Source: Balanoglossus misakiensis
Taxonomy: Eukaryota > Animalia > Hemichordata
Length of the DNA stretch: 64,000 nt
Direction of reading: 5' to 3'
NCBI GenBank assembly: GCA_040954595.2
Contig: CM082583.2
Coordinates: 11,756,636-11,820,635, forward strand
Positions 53,101 to 64,000 of the stretch are shown piece by piece. Within the stretch, counting starts at the first letter, position 1. Each line of letters opens with the position of its first letter. A model generated the notes under the pieces. It saw only the letters and a program-made list of their open reading frames with translations, ran no database searches and was not told the DNA's origin. The position numbers were made by a program, and so were the translations under genes.

Positions 53101-55574
53101 CATCCAGAAATGTCAATTTTTCGACTTCGCGAAATTTCAAAATTTGGTGGTTTTTGGATAAAAACCATGGGTTATAGCTCATGAAAATCATCCAGAAATG
53201 TCAATTTTTCGACTTCGCGAAATTTCAAAATTTGGTGGTTTTTGGATAAAAACCATGGGTTATAGCTCATGAAAATCATCCAGAAATGTCAATTTTTCGA
53301 CTTCGCGAAATTTCAAAATTTGGTGGTTTTTGGATAAAAACCATGGGTTATAGCTCATGAAAATCATCCAGAAATGTCAATTTTTCGACTTCGCGAAATT
53401 TCAAAATTTGGTGGTTTTTGGATAAAAACCATGGGTTATAGCTCATGAAAATCATCCAGAAATGTCAATTTTTCGACTTCGCGAAATTTCAAAATTTGGT
53501 GGTTTTTGGATAAAAACCATGGGTTATAGCTCATGAAAATCATCCAGAAATGTCAATTTTTCGACTTCGCGAAATTTCAAAATTTGGTGGTTTTTGGATA
53601 AAAACCATGGGTTATAGCTCATGAAAATCATCCAGAAATGTCAATTTTTCGACTTCGCGAAATTTCAAAATTTGGTGGTTTTTGGATAAAAACCATGGGT
53701 TATAGCTCATGAAAATCATCCAGAAATGTCAATTTTTCGACTTCGCGAAATTTCAAAATTTGGTGGTTTTTGGATAAAAACCATGGGTTATAGCTCATGA
53801 AAATCATCCAGAAATGTCAATTTTTCGACTTCGCGAAATTTCAAAATTTGGTGGTTTTTGGATAAAAACCATGGGTTATAGCTCATGAAAATCATCCAGA
53901 AATGTCAATTTTTCGACTTCGCGAAATTTCAAAATTTGGTGGTTTTTGGATAAAAACCATGGGTTATAGCTCATGAAAATCATCCAGAAATGTCAATTTT
54001 TCGACTTCGCGAAATTTCAAAATTTGGTGGTTTTTGGATAAAAACCATGGGTTATAGCTCATGAAAATCATCCAGAAATGTCAATTTTTCGACTTCGCGA
54101 AATTTCAAAATTTGGTGGTTTTTGGATAAAAACCATGGGTTATAGCTCATGAAAATCATCCAGAAATGTCAATTTTTCGACTTCGCGAAATTTCAAAATT
54201 TGGTGGTTTTTGGATAAAAACCATGGGTTATAGCTCATGAAAATCATCCAGAAATGTCAATTTTTCGACTTCGCGAAATTTCAAAATTTGGTGGTTTTTG
54301 GATAAAAACCATGGGTTATAGCTCATGAAAATCATCCAGAAATGTCAATTTTTCGACTTCGCGAAATTTCAAAATTTGGTGGTTTTAGGATAAAAACCAT
54401 GGGTTATAGCTCATGAAAATCATCCAGAAATGTCAATTTTTCGACTTCGCGAAATTTCAAAATTTGGTGGTTTTTGGATAAAAACCATGGGTTATAGCTC
54501 ATGAAAATCATCCAGAAATGTCAATTTTTCGACTTCGCGAAATTTCAAACTTTGGTGGTTTTTGGATAAAAACCATGGGTTATAGCTCATGAAAATCATC
54601 CAGAAATGTCAATTTTTCGACTTCGCGAAATTTTAAAATTTGGTGGTTTTTGGATAAAAACCATGGGTTATAGCTCATGAAAATCATCCAGAAATGTCAA
54701 TTTTTCGACTTCGCGAAATTTTAAAATTTGGTGGTTTTTGGATAAAAACCATGGGTTATAGCTCATGAAAATCATCCAGAAATGTCAATTTTTCGACTTC
54801 GCGAAATTTCAAAATTTGGTGGTTTTTGGATAAAAACCATGGGTTATAGCTCATGAAAATCATCCAGAAATGTCAATTTTTCGACTTCGCGAAATTTCAA
54901 AATTTGGTGGTTTTTGGATAAAAACCATGGGTTATAGCTCATGAAAATCATCCAGAAATGTCAATTTTTCGACTTCGCGAAATTTCAAAATTTGGTGGTT
55001 TTTGGATAAAAACCATGGGTTATAGCTCATGAAAATCATCCAGAAATGTCAATTTTTCGACTTCGCGAAATTTCAAAATTTGGTGGTTTTTGGATAAAAA
55101 CCATGGGTTATAGCTCATGAAAATCATCCAGAAATGTCAATTTTTCGACTTCGCGAAATTTCAAAATTTGGTGGTTTTTGGATAAAAACCATGGGTTATA
55201 GCTCATGAAAATCATCCTGAAATGTCAATTTTTCGACTTTGCGAAATCTCAAAATTTCGTCGATTTTTGAATATAATCATGGGTTATAGCTCATGAAAAT
55301 CATCAAAAAATGACAAATTTCCGACTTTGCGAATTTTAGAAATTTTGTCATCTTTGGACGTTTTCCATGGGTTATAGCTCATCAAACTGTCAAAACTGAC
55401 AAATTCTCGACTTTGCAAATTTTGGTGATTTTGTCATCTGTGGACGTTTTCCATGGGTTATAGCTCATGAAAATGATGAAAAAATTACAAATTTTTTTAC
55501 TTTTCTAATTTCGGAAATTTTGTCATCTTTGGACATTTATCATGGTTTATACTCAGTATAAGTTATAGCTCATG
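41106..55574. repeat. 88-bp satellite main array, ~160-165 copies (variant B ~41106-43180, variant C ~43181-55215, diverged A/edge monomers to 55574)
   Basis: Variant C monomer ccatgggttatagctcatgaaaatcatccagaaatgtcaatttttcgacttcgcgaaatttcaaaatttggtggtttttggataaaaa (88 bp; 45421 to 46741 = 15x88). Variant B has ...tttgcgaattttcaaaatttcttcattttttcgaaaaaa. Confidence 0.98.
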
Positions 55575-56079
55575 GCTGCCCCACACAGGGCAATTCTGAC
55601 GTCACAACTTCTACTCCTGATAAAACACAGACATCATACGCTGCAATTGGTTAATATAGGAAATTTATTTTATTATCCAATATCAAAAAACCACTGATAC
55701 AAGACAGACACTAACTGTTCCATGGTTAATTCACTCAAAAGTCATACAAATTTGTTTTTTACATTAGTAATGTCCAAATTTTGAAAAACGGAGTATTTAT
55801 TAATTAAACTTTACAATATCCATATCAGCACAGGTTGTTGTAACTGACTCAGTCTGTACTACCATTGATAGTTTTGAGTGTGCACGTGGGCTCATGACAT
55901 CAAAAAAGCTAAACCTATGATCAAATTCTTGCTGCTGTGTATTCTTAACGCGTATTCCTTACTACATATGTGAACGTCTTCATAATTGCTTCAAACTAGT
56001 ATAAGGACAGAACAAAGCTTCTGAGTACAGTATTACTACCTGACAGTTTTGTAAGGAGTGACAAACTGTTCCCACAACC

Positions 56080-59000
56080 TTACAACCTGGCCTTTCCAAT
56101 GCTCAATCTTTTGAAATTTTCTACATCCAACTCAGAATATGTCTTGTTTCTCGAGTCAAGAAAAAATAGCGGTTCCTTGATAATGTTTGGATCAAATCCC
56201 TCTTCCACAAGCTCGACCTTCTTGTGTTTAAACGTTCCCGTTACGTCCATCGATGGTTGGACGCGGATAAACATTGGGCATGCGTAGGAGGGGAGATGAA
56301 GCCTAACATGGGCGTAGAGTTTTTTGCAGTCCAGTTGGTTTTTGTTCCGCAACACAACGGCGGCCATACCTGCGCGGCCATCTTGACCTACATATTGAGA
56401 ACAAACAAAATGTCGAATATGAAAATTGTTTTTTTTCCGTCCCACATGTATCGATGGTCATCATTGTGACCCAGTTAGCCCCCCCCCCCCCCCCACATAA
56501 GTATGGTAACATACCTGGAATTTCAACGCCATATACATTCGCTTCTTGAACATCTTTGAAGGACGCTACCACATGAGCCACCTCAGTGGTGGCAACGTTC
56601 TCGCCTTTCCATCTGTTAAAAAGCATCAAAATTACAAATAGTAAAAACAGCAAGTAAACATAAAAGAAAACAAGTACTAAACACCAGTAATGTTAAGAAA
56701 CTACTTAACGACGCAATGATAATATACAACATATTTCAGACCTAGTCTACCTGAAAGTGTCGCCGACTCGATCGACAAAATATACGTAGTAGTTCTTGTC
56801 AATCATAATCAAATCTCCAGAATTAAAGTATATATCTCCATCTTTAAAGGCATTCTTGATTAATTTTTTATCCGTTAAGTCACGTGGTCCAAGGTAGCCA
56901 TCGAACCGTGCACGTTTATTGAGTGGGCCGATCAGTAATCCTGGTGAACCTGTAAACGATAAAAAGCAAAAGATATAACGGTTTGGAAACAATAAAACGT
57001 CGATTTGTAAAGTTCCCTTCTTAAATGGTTCAACTTTGAACTCACCCAATTTCACGGGGATACATCGGCCATTAGAGTCACGCAAAGGTTCAGCTGTGTC
57101 ATAATCATATTGCACCAATTCGATCCCCATGCGTTTCTATGGTAGAAAATGTAAAACAAACTCCTTAAAATGCATAATTCATTGTCTACATGTCCCACGC
57201 AAAGTTCATTTGCAATGTTCAGGACAAATAACCGTGCGGAACTAATTCTTAAATGTGGGCTGTGGTTAAAAATTATGTGACTGTACATGAATTTGACCCA
57301 TGAGTCTTACTTTCCATTCAATTGTAATTTGAAATTCAGAAACCTTATCACTCTTGTTGATTTGTCCGATCGGCATCATTTCTGTATCTGATCTGTAAAC
57401 ATTACCTTCAGTAGTGGCGACACTTTTCCTATAGCCCCAATCTTGTTATCTTTGTTGCTGAAGGATATCGGTCCTTCGGTTGAACCATAGAATTCCTGTA
57501 TGATTGGAATGTTAAACCGGGTTTTGAAGTTTTGCCAAATGTCAGGTCGGAGTCCGTTGCCAGTTATCATTCTTACACGATGTTTCTTGTCAAGAGGACT
57601 CTGAAAGAAAAACAATCATATTGAAGAAATGGGGTTGTTAAAAATGTCTACAAAATCTATTAATACAAGTAGGCCTAAGCATAGAAATGTTCATTGACAA
57701 ACCTCGGGCCTTGACAAGAGATATCTACATATTTCCCCAATGTAAATGAAATAGGTGACGTCATAACGGCAACAATCCTCCCAGAAATGTGTCACAGAGA
57801 ATTTTCGAGAGAGGACCATGGTGGCACCTGAAATATAAAAAAAGGGGTTTTAGTTCTCGTCAATTTAAAAACTCACATTTTACATAACCGACCGACCACT
57901 CCATTTAATAAATGAAAGATCCCTAAGTTTTTAACTTACCTAAACGCAGAGAATTTCCGACGCCAATTAAAAAAGCGTTGCCATGATACAGCGGAAGGAA
58001 TATGTAGATCCTGTCGTCAGGACGAAGTTCAGGAACAGATGCGAAAGTTCTCAACTGCCTCTGGTAGGTGATTTTGCCTGCTTTCGGAAGCCCTGACGAT
58101 AAAGGTGGTAATTTTACTTCAAAGAATTAGCCCGTGCATGTAGTGACTACAGATATATCCATATCGCCTGTAGCCGTTATTATTCTTTCGCGGTGCAAAG
58201 CATATTTGTGATAATCCACTTAACAAACACAGGATCAAAACAAATAGAAATTTAATATTACCTGTCGTGCCAGACGTGTAAATCAACACTGTTACATCGT
58301 CAGGTTTGATTCCATTTCTCATTTCAGTAGGTATGGGATCATCGGGTGAAAGTTCAACTTGTTGATCGATGGGTTCGACAAAGTCATATTTCAGGGAGTC
58401 TGGATTTGGTCCGATGCTTAGTACACTAAATCCCATTTCTTCCAGGGATTCTCTGTCGTCCCTCAATGCTTCAAAAAGTTCCACGTCTGAATGAAATAAG
58501 AAACTTTGTCGGTGACCATATCGGAAATATCATTGTATATGTGGAAAAATAAAGTTTCAACTGCACACGTTACACGTTCCTGTGTAAGTTTTTACAAACC
58601 AGTTGACCCCTGTCGTTTGACCTGGATAGAGTTAGTTTGTTCAAATAACTTCATATGATTCTGTGTACTGTATAAGCAAAAGGTCAACCAGGTCAAAGTA
58701 CGTATCATGTTTTCTACCAAGGGTTAACACAGCAGATACTGCACACGTACATGCTTCCAATTCCCATTAAATATGCATACCTTAAAACTAGGGACTCTTC
58801 CAACAGTTTTGCAAGTTGTAGAAAACATATTGAACTCACCATGTCCAACGACCACTACTTTGGCTTCGCTAATGTCTAAACAATGTACTAAAGGTTCCGC
58901 TCGAAGATTGTAGTTGATAAAAGCACAGCTGATTCCCAGCTTGGCACAGCCGAGATAAGACCAGATGAAAGCTGGTTCGTTATACATGAATATTGCAATC

Positions 59001-59320
59001 CTATCGCCACATTTCATCCCTCGACGTCTCAGCAGATGTGCAAACTTGTTGGAGAGCCTGTCAATATCTCCAAACGTGTACAGCCGCCTTTCGTGGATAA
59101 CACACAACTTATGGGGATGGTTACGAACTGCCTCTGAAAATACATCGACCAGATATCGGCCAGCTTTAGACATTTCGTCTACTTTTTCCAGGTATGCTTT
59201 CTGTGCGCGAATGGCACGGATGTCTTGAAGCCAGTACGGGTACATACTATGCGCTACGGCGGCCCCTACTGCCGCGCCGGCCACAGCCTGGATTCCCCGA
59301 CCATACGATGGAGGTGCCAT
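56080..59320 (-). CDS. SLC27A2: Very long-chain acyl-CoA synthetase / fatty acid transport protein (SLC27A2/SLC27A6-like, 624 aa)
   Basis: Exons (minus strand): 58840-59320, 58262-58486, 57940-58092, 57703-57827, 57406-57600, 57046-57136, 56751-56949, 56515-56612, 56080-56387 (1875 nt). Motifs [84 protein letters not shown]. Paralog assignment is uncertain. Confidence 0.92.
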
Positions 59321-60715
59321 GTTAGAAACGCCCACAGTATGGCGTTAACGGGTAGCCTATATTAGTATACACTGATAGTCAAGATATTAAGGTCATGCTA
59401 AACCTCTATTGTCACTGGGCATAGATTACATTGCGCAGGTTTTTGTTGACACTCGGGGTCAATCCTCTGGTCATATTCTCTCAACCGCGACACTGGCGCT
59501 CGTGTGCTGCCGGGGTCCTTAATTGGCAATCATTAAAATTAAAATGGCGGCGTTTGAGTACTAAATGGCTCTGATGAAATGTCACGGTATAAACTTTGGG
59601 GGACACGGAATGCAAATTTAGTAATCAATTTACATGTTTAGTTTTGGCAACCAGAGTATATCTTACAAGTATCAACTAAATTAAACTTCGCAGGGACTTT
59701 GATCATTTGAGTGCGTAGTGTGCAAACTGCTACCTCATTTATATATTCAACGACAATTTTTTCGCCCTGTCTCTACGTTTACTTAGAAAAGCTCAGCAAG
59801 GGTACAGACTTTGAGTTTTTGACATATGTCAATAACTATAATGGTTGCAAACCTAGCGCTTTTCGAGTTTCAATGGGACAACAGAGTTTGCTATAAATTA
59901 ACGGGTCGAACTTTGACCTTACCGTTTCAATTATCTCAACATCAAGGCAGTGTTGGGGTAATAGAATGATACAGACAAGTATTTCATTTTAATCTAGTAC
60001 AATGAAAAATTTAATTTCAAAGTTTTAAATCCATAAGCAAAAGATGAATACAAACAAAATAAAAACAACATCAAAGAGTTTAAATTTACACAATCGTGCC
60101 AAATTTTCCAAGAAACTCATGACCCATAGCATAGCATAGCATTGCATCAGTTTGGTCCTCAGCTTGGTTGCCGGATACCCATCTGGTCTTTGCATCTGCA
60201 AAACGAGCAATGTAGAAATGAATGTCTATAATATCCATGGACATGAAACAAAGCATGATCACCACTGTACATCTGTATAGCTGCCTGGAATTTCACTCTA
60301 TTTGGCAACTTGATTAAATTTTACTGCAACAACGACGAGATCTGCGCATATAAGCTGACAACTCCTGGACATTGTGAACAAAGACACCCCCACGTGCACC
60401 CACACCAGAATACCATGTATTGTCTCCGTCACTGCTTCAATTTTCTTTCCCACAGTCTTACCTTCCCACAACCATTCAGTGATCTGTGGACGTCAATCAC
60501 ACAAGCTGGCGATCATCTTAGCATCATCTATGGGATCCCTGGAATAAATTAATAAGTATGTAAATGGAATGTCTCCTACAAAGATGGCGGACATGTTTGT
60601 GCCACAACAAAATGGCCACCCCATGCATCTATCAGTCAGGTCGGTTTTAAAACATTGAATTGTCATCCACATATAGCATCGTGTCCATATTGTTACATGT
60701 AGGTTTGTGCAAAAT

Positions 60716-61825
60716 TAGTTCGCTTGACTGGGAAACGGCACCAGCCTGAATGGAAAAAAAAAATCAAAATGGCCACCATGAAATGAGGGGCTTTGGTGTC
60801 TATGGCTTGTCAAACCTTGCTTGAAACATCTGGTCTTCGTTCAGCCATTGAACATACTGCCCTTACCGCACCCAGCTATTCTGCTGCATGGCGAAAACAT
60901 CATCCAGGCTCGGTTGCCGATACCATTATCAGTTGATCTCGTCTCTGGATCTGCAAAACAAGCAAATGAAGTGAATGTCTAATATTCATGATCGTTCAGC
61001 CATTGAACATACTGCCCTTACCGCACCCAGCAATTCTGCTGCATGGCGAAAACATCTAGTCACTTGCACCCCAGGCTTGGTTGCCGATACCATTATCAGT
61101 TGATCTCGTCTCTGGATCTGCAAAATAAGCAAATGAAGTGAATGTCTAATATTCTGTAAAATCAGTTTGCTTGACTGGGTAACGGCACCAGTCTGAATCG
61201 AAAAAAAAATATTCAAAATGGCCACCATGTAAAGAGGGACTTTGATGTGTATATCGCTTGTCAAACCTTGCTTGAAACCTCTGGTCTTCGTTCAGCCATT
61301 GAACATACTGCCCTTACCGCACCCAGCTATACTGCTGCATGCAATACCATTATGAGTTGATCTCATCCCTGCATCTGCAAAACAATGAAACGAAGTGAAT
61401 GTCGGTGATATTCATGATCGTTCAGCCATTGAACATACTGCCCTTACCTCACCCAGCTCTACTGCTGTATGGCAAAAAAACCTAGTCACTTAGGCCCAAG
61501 CTTGGTTGATGAATACCATTATGAGTTGATCTCGTCTCTGGATCTGCAAAACAAGCAAATGGAGTGAGTGTCTGCAATATTCATGATCGTTCAGCCATGG
61601 AAGATACCTGCCCTTACCTCACCCAGCTATACCGCTGCATGGCGAAAAAACTCTGGTCTCTGCATCTGCAAAACAAAAAAAAATGGAGTGAGTGTCTGCA
61701 ATATTCATGATCGTTCAGCCATGGAATATACCTGCCCTTACCTCACCCAGCTATACCGCTGCATGGCGAAAAAACTCTGGTCTCTGCATCTGCAAAACAA
61801 GCAAATAAAGTTAATGTCTGGAAAG
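60716..61825. repeat. Diverged tandem repeat, ~120-170 bp units (about 6 copies), with a ~450-bp superimposed duplication
   Basis: Recurrent cgttcagccattgaacatactgcccttaccgcacccagct...gcatggcgaaaa...tctgcaaaacaagcaaat at ~60838, 60993, 61289, 61419, 61588, 61712. The segment at ~60716-60890 recurs at ~61163-61340. Confidence 0.85.
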
Positions 61826-61877
61826 TAAATACATTATTTACCATAAAAAACAGACTAACAGAGACATACTCACAAGC

Positions 61878-62777
61878 GAAGATGAGCGGTACGGAAATAA
61901 ACCACTCTGTTTTATCAATACACGTATGTTTTTAATATTTTTTTATTGAATAATGACGAAAGATAACATATCTAAAAAACCTGTATTAACTATATACGTG
62001 AGGGGGAAGATGATCGGTACGGAAATAAACCACTCTCAGTTTTATCAATACACGTATGTTTTTAATATTTTTTTATTGAATAATGACGAAAGATAACATA
62101 TCTAAAAAACCTGTATTAACTATATACGTGAGGGGGAAGATGATCGGTACGGAAATAAACCACTCTCAGTTTTATCAATACACGTATGTTTTTAATATTT
62201 TTATATTGAATAATGACGAAAGATAACATATCTAAAAAACCTGTATTAACTATATACGTGAGGGGGAAGATGATCGGTACGGAAATAAACCACTCTCAGT
62301 TTTATCAATACGCGTATGTTTTTAATATTTTTTATTGAATAATGACGAAAGATAACATATCTAAAAAACCTGTATTAACTATATACGTGAGGGAGGAAGA
62401 TGATCGGTACGGAAATAAACCACTCTCAGTTTTATCAATACACGTATGTTTTTAATATTTTTTATTGAATAATGACGAAAGATAACATATCTAAAAAAAA
62501 CTGTATTAACTATATACGTGAGGGGGAAGATGATCGGTACGGAAATAAACCACTCCAAGTATTATGAGTGCGTGTATGTTTTTATTTTATTTTTATTGAA
62601 TAATGACGAAAGATAACATATCTAAAAAAAACTGTATTAACTATATACGCGAGGGGAAGATGATCGGTACGGAAATAAACCACTCCAAGTATTATGAGTG
62701 CGTGTATGTTTTATTTTATTTTTATTGAATAATGACGAAAGATAACATTTCTAAAAAAACTTGTATTAAGTATTAAC
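61878..62777. repeat. 130-bp tandem repeat, ~7 copies
   Basis: gaagatgatcggtacggaaataaaccactc...gtattaactatatacgtgagggg at 61878, 62006, 62136, 62266, 62396, 62526 and 62656. Confidence 0.95.
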
Positions 62778-62947
62778 TGACGGTCTGAGGGATGGGACCC
62801 ACCCGCACCGGGGATTTTATTTATGTCTATATAACTTACTTGTTACGAAACTTCATCCACTGGTCTTCATTCAGCCATGGAACATACAAACGCTCACCTC
62901 ATTGTAGTCTAGTTGCATGGCCCAAATATACCGTACAACTTACCGTG

Positions 62948-62954
62948 ACACACA

Positions 62955-62993
<39 letters not shown>
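62948..62993. repeat. (CA)n microsatellite
   Basis: acacacacatgcgcgcacacacacacacacacacacacacacacac. Confidence 0.9.
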
Positions 62994-62998
<5 letters not shown>

Positions 62999-64000
62999 AC
63001 AACGAGCACCTTTCGAAGCATTCAAAGCCGATGAACTTGTTGGTGCCGTAACAAAAAGGACCCATGCACCGAGCATGTAGTCATGTTGGTTTTAAAACTG
63101 TAATGACATCCACATATGGCATCCGTATTGTTGCATTCTTCAGATTTGTGCAAAATTGGTTCGCTGAACTGGCTACCGGCACCAGTCAGAATCATTAAAA
63201 GTTCTTAAAAATTGCCCAAAAACTTGGCTAATACCGCTTACTTTGACATCATGCTTGATAACATCATAGCATCCACGCAGAGTATCCAACATCAGTTCAT
63301 CTGGGCCTTCGATCTGCAAAAAATAAGGAAACAAATTGAATGCCTATCCATGAACACGAAACCAAATATCGACCGTTATCACCGTACGCTAAACTGTTGT
63401 TCATTCGCATAGTGTACCGGGGTACATCATACACGACGACAATACATGTTTTAGGGCTTCGCTGACAGACAAGTAGCCTAGAACCCCAGCATGGCTCTAT
63501 GTACATTTACATATTTTCAAGTTAAGGCCTACAGCCAAGCGGAACATTTTAAACTCCGACAAAAAATATTTTTTGGGCAGACAGCACGGACACACGAAAA
63601 TAACTTTCCCAATGAACCGTTTCAAAACTTATTTTTGCCATTGTCTGGTAGTAGGCTATAATACAAAATTTGCATTCGCTCACTCTCGAAAACACGCTGT
63701 CTACAATTCATCGAACCCGCTACCAATTCATTGTAGCCCCCCCCCCCCCCTCTTTCCCGAAAAACTACCTCGTTTTTCTATGTAAAAATCCTGCCGGCAA
63801 CCAGTACAGGTATAACACCGAATTGTCTTAATTTGAAAAACCTTACATCTCAAGTTGAGTAACGCGAAAGGGTGGAATTTGTTAATTAAAACGCAGGGAA
63901 GCGCTGACTCGAGCTGTCTGACTGTGACGTATCCAATTTTTCAATTCTGTGGTGCAAACGTCTGGGTTTTTTTAGCTGTCCGTAACTCGCCACAGTAAAA

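Noticed and set aside
37132-55574. CRISPR-like array
   Set aside because: Monomers are contiguous and near-identical with no unique spacers, there are no cas genes, and the context is eukaryotic. It is satellite DNA.
7923-55574. Functional link between the poly-ZNF and the nearby satellite
   Set aside because: Proximity only (~26 kb and five genes apart); nothing in the sequence ties the fingers to the monomer.

Overview
AT-rich, intron-containing animal genomic DNA, probably from an invertebrate deuterostome or other marine invertebrate (inferred from gene content and repeat types). I reconstructed eight protein-coding genes by hand from GT-AG splice sites and frame continuity: a FRMD3/FRMD5-like FERM gene (minus strand, running off the left edge), a 24-finger C2H2 protein ending in an Ikaros/Hunchback-type dimerisation finger pair, a gliomedin/colmedin-like gene, DTWD2, a C1orf43/NICE-3 homolog, a SWEET1/SLC50A1-like transporter, a cytosolic sulfotransferase and a FATP/SLC27A acyl-CoA synthetase. 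An ~18.4 kb satellite block (37132-55574) sits between the convergent 3' ends of the last two genes. It is an 88-bp monomer arranged in nested sequence layers and interrupted by ~5.7 tandem copies of a 531-558 bp unit. Each unit carries a tRNA-Ser/Leu-like Pol III cassette (A box, B box, oligo-T) and a perfect 31-bp palindrome. Other notable items are three MITE-like or foldback elements, a candidate 21-nt microexon, and a SWEET in which both canonical sugar-binding Asn positions appear to be Ser. All family calls are from recalled motifs; no database searches were run.
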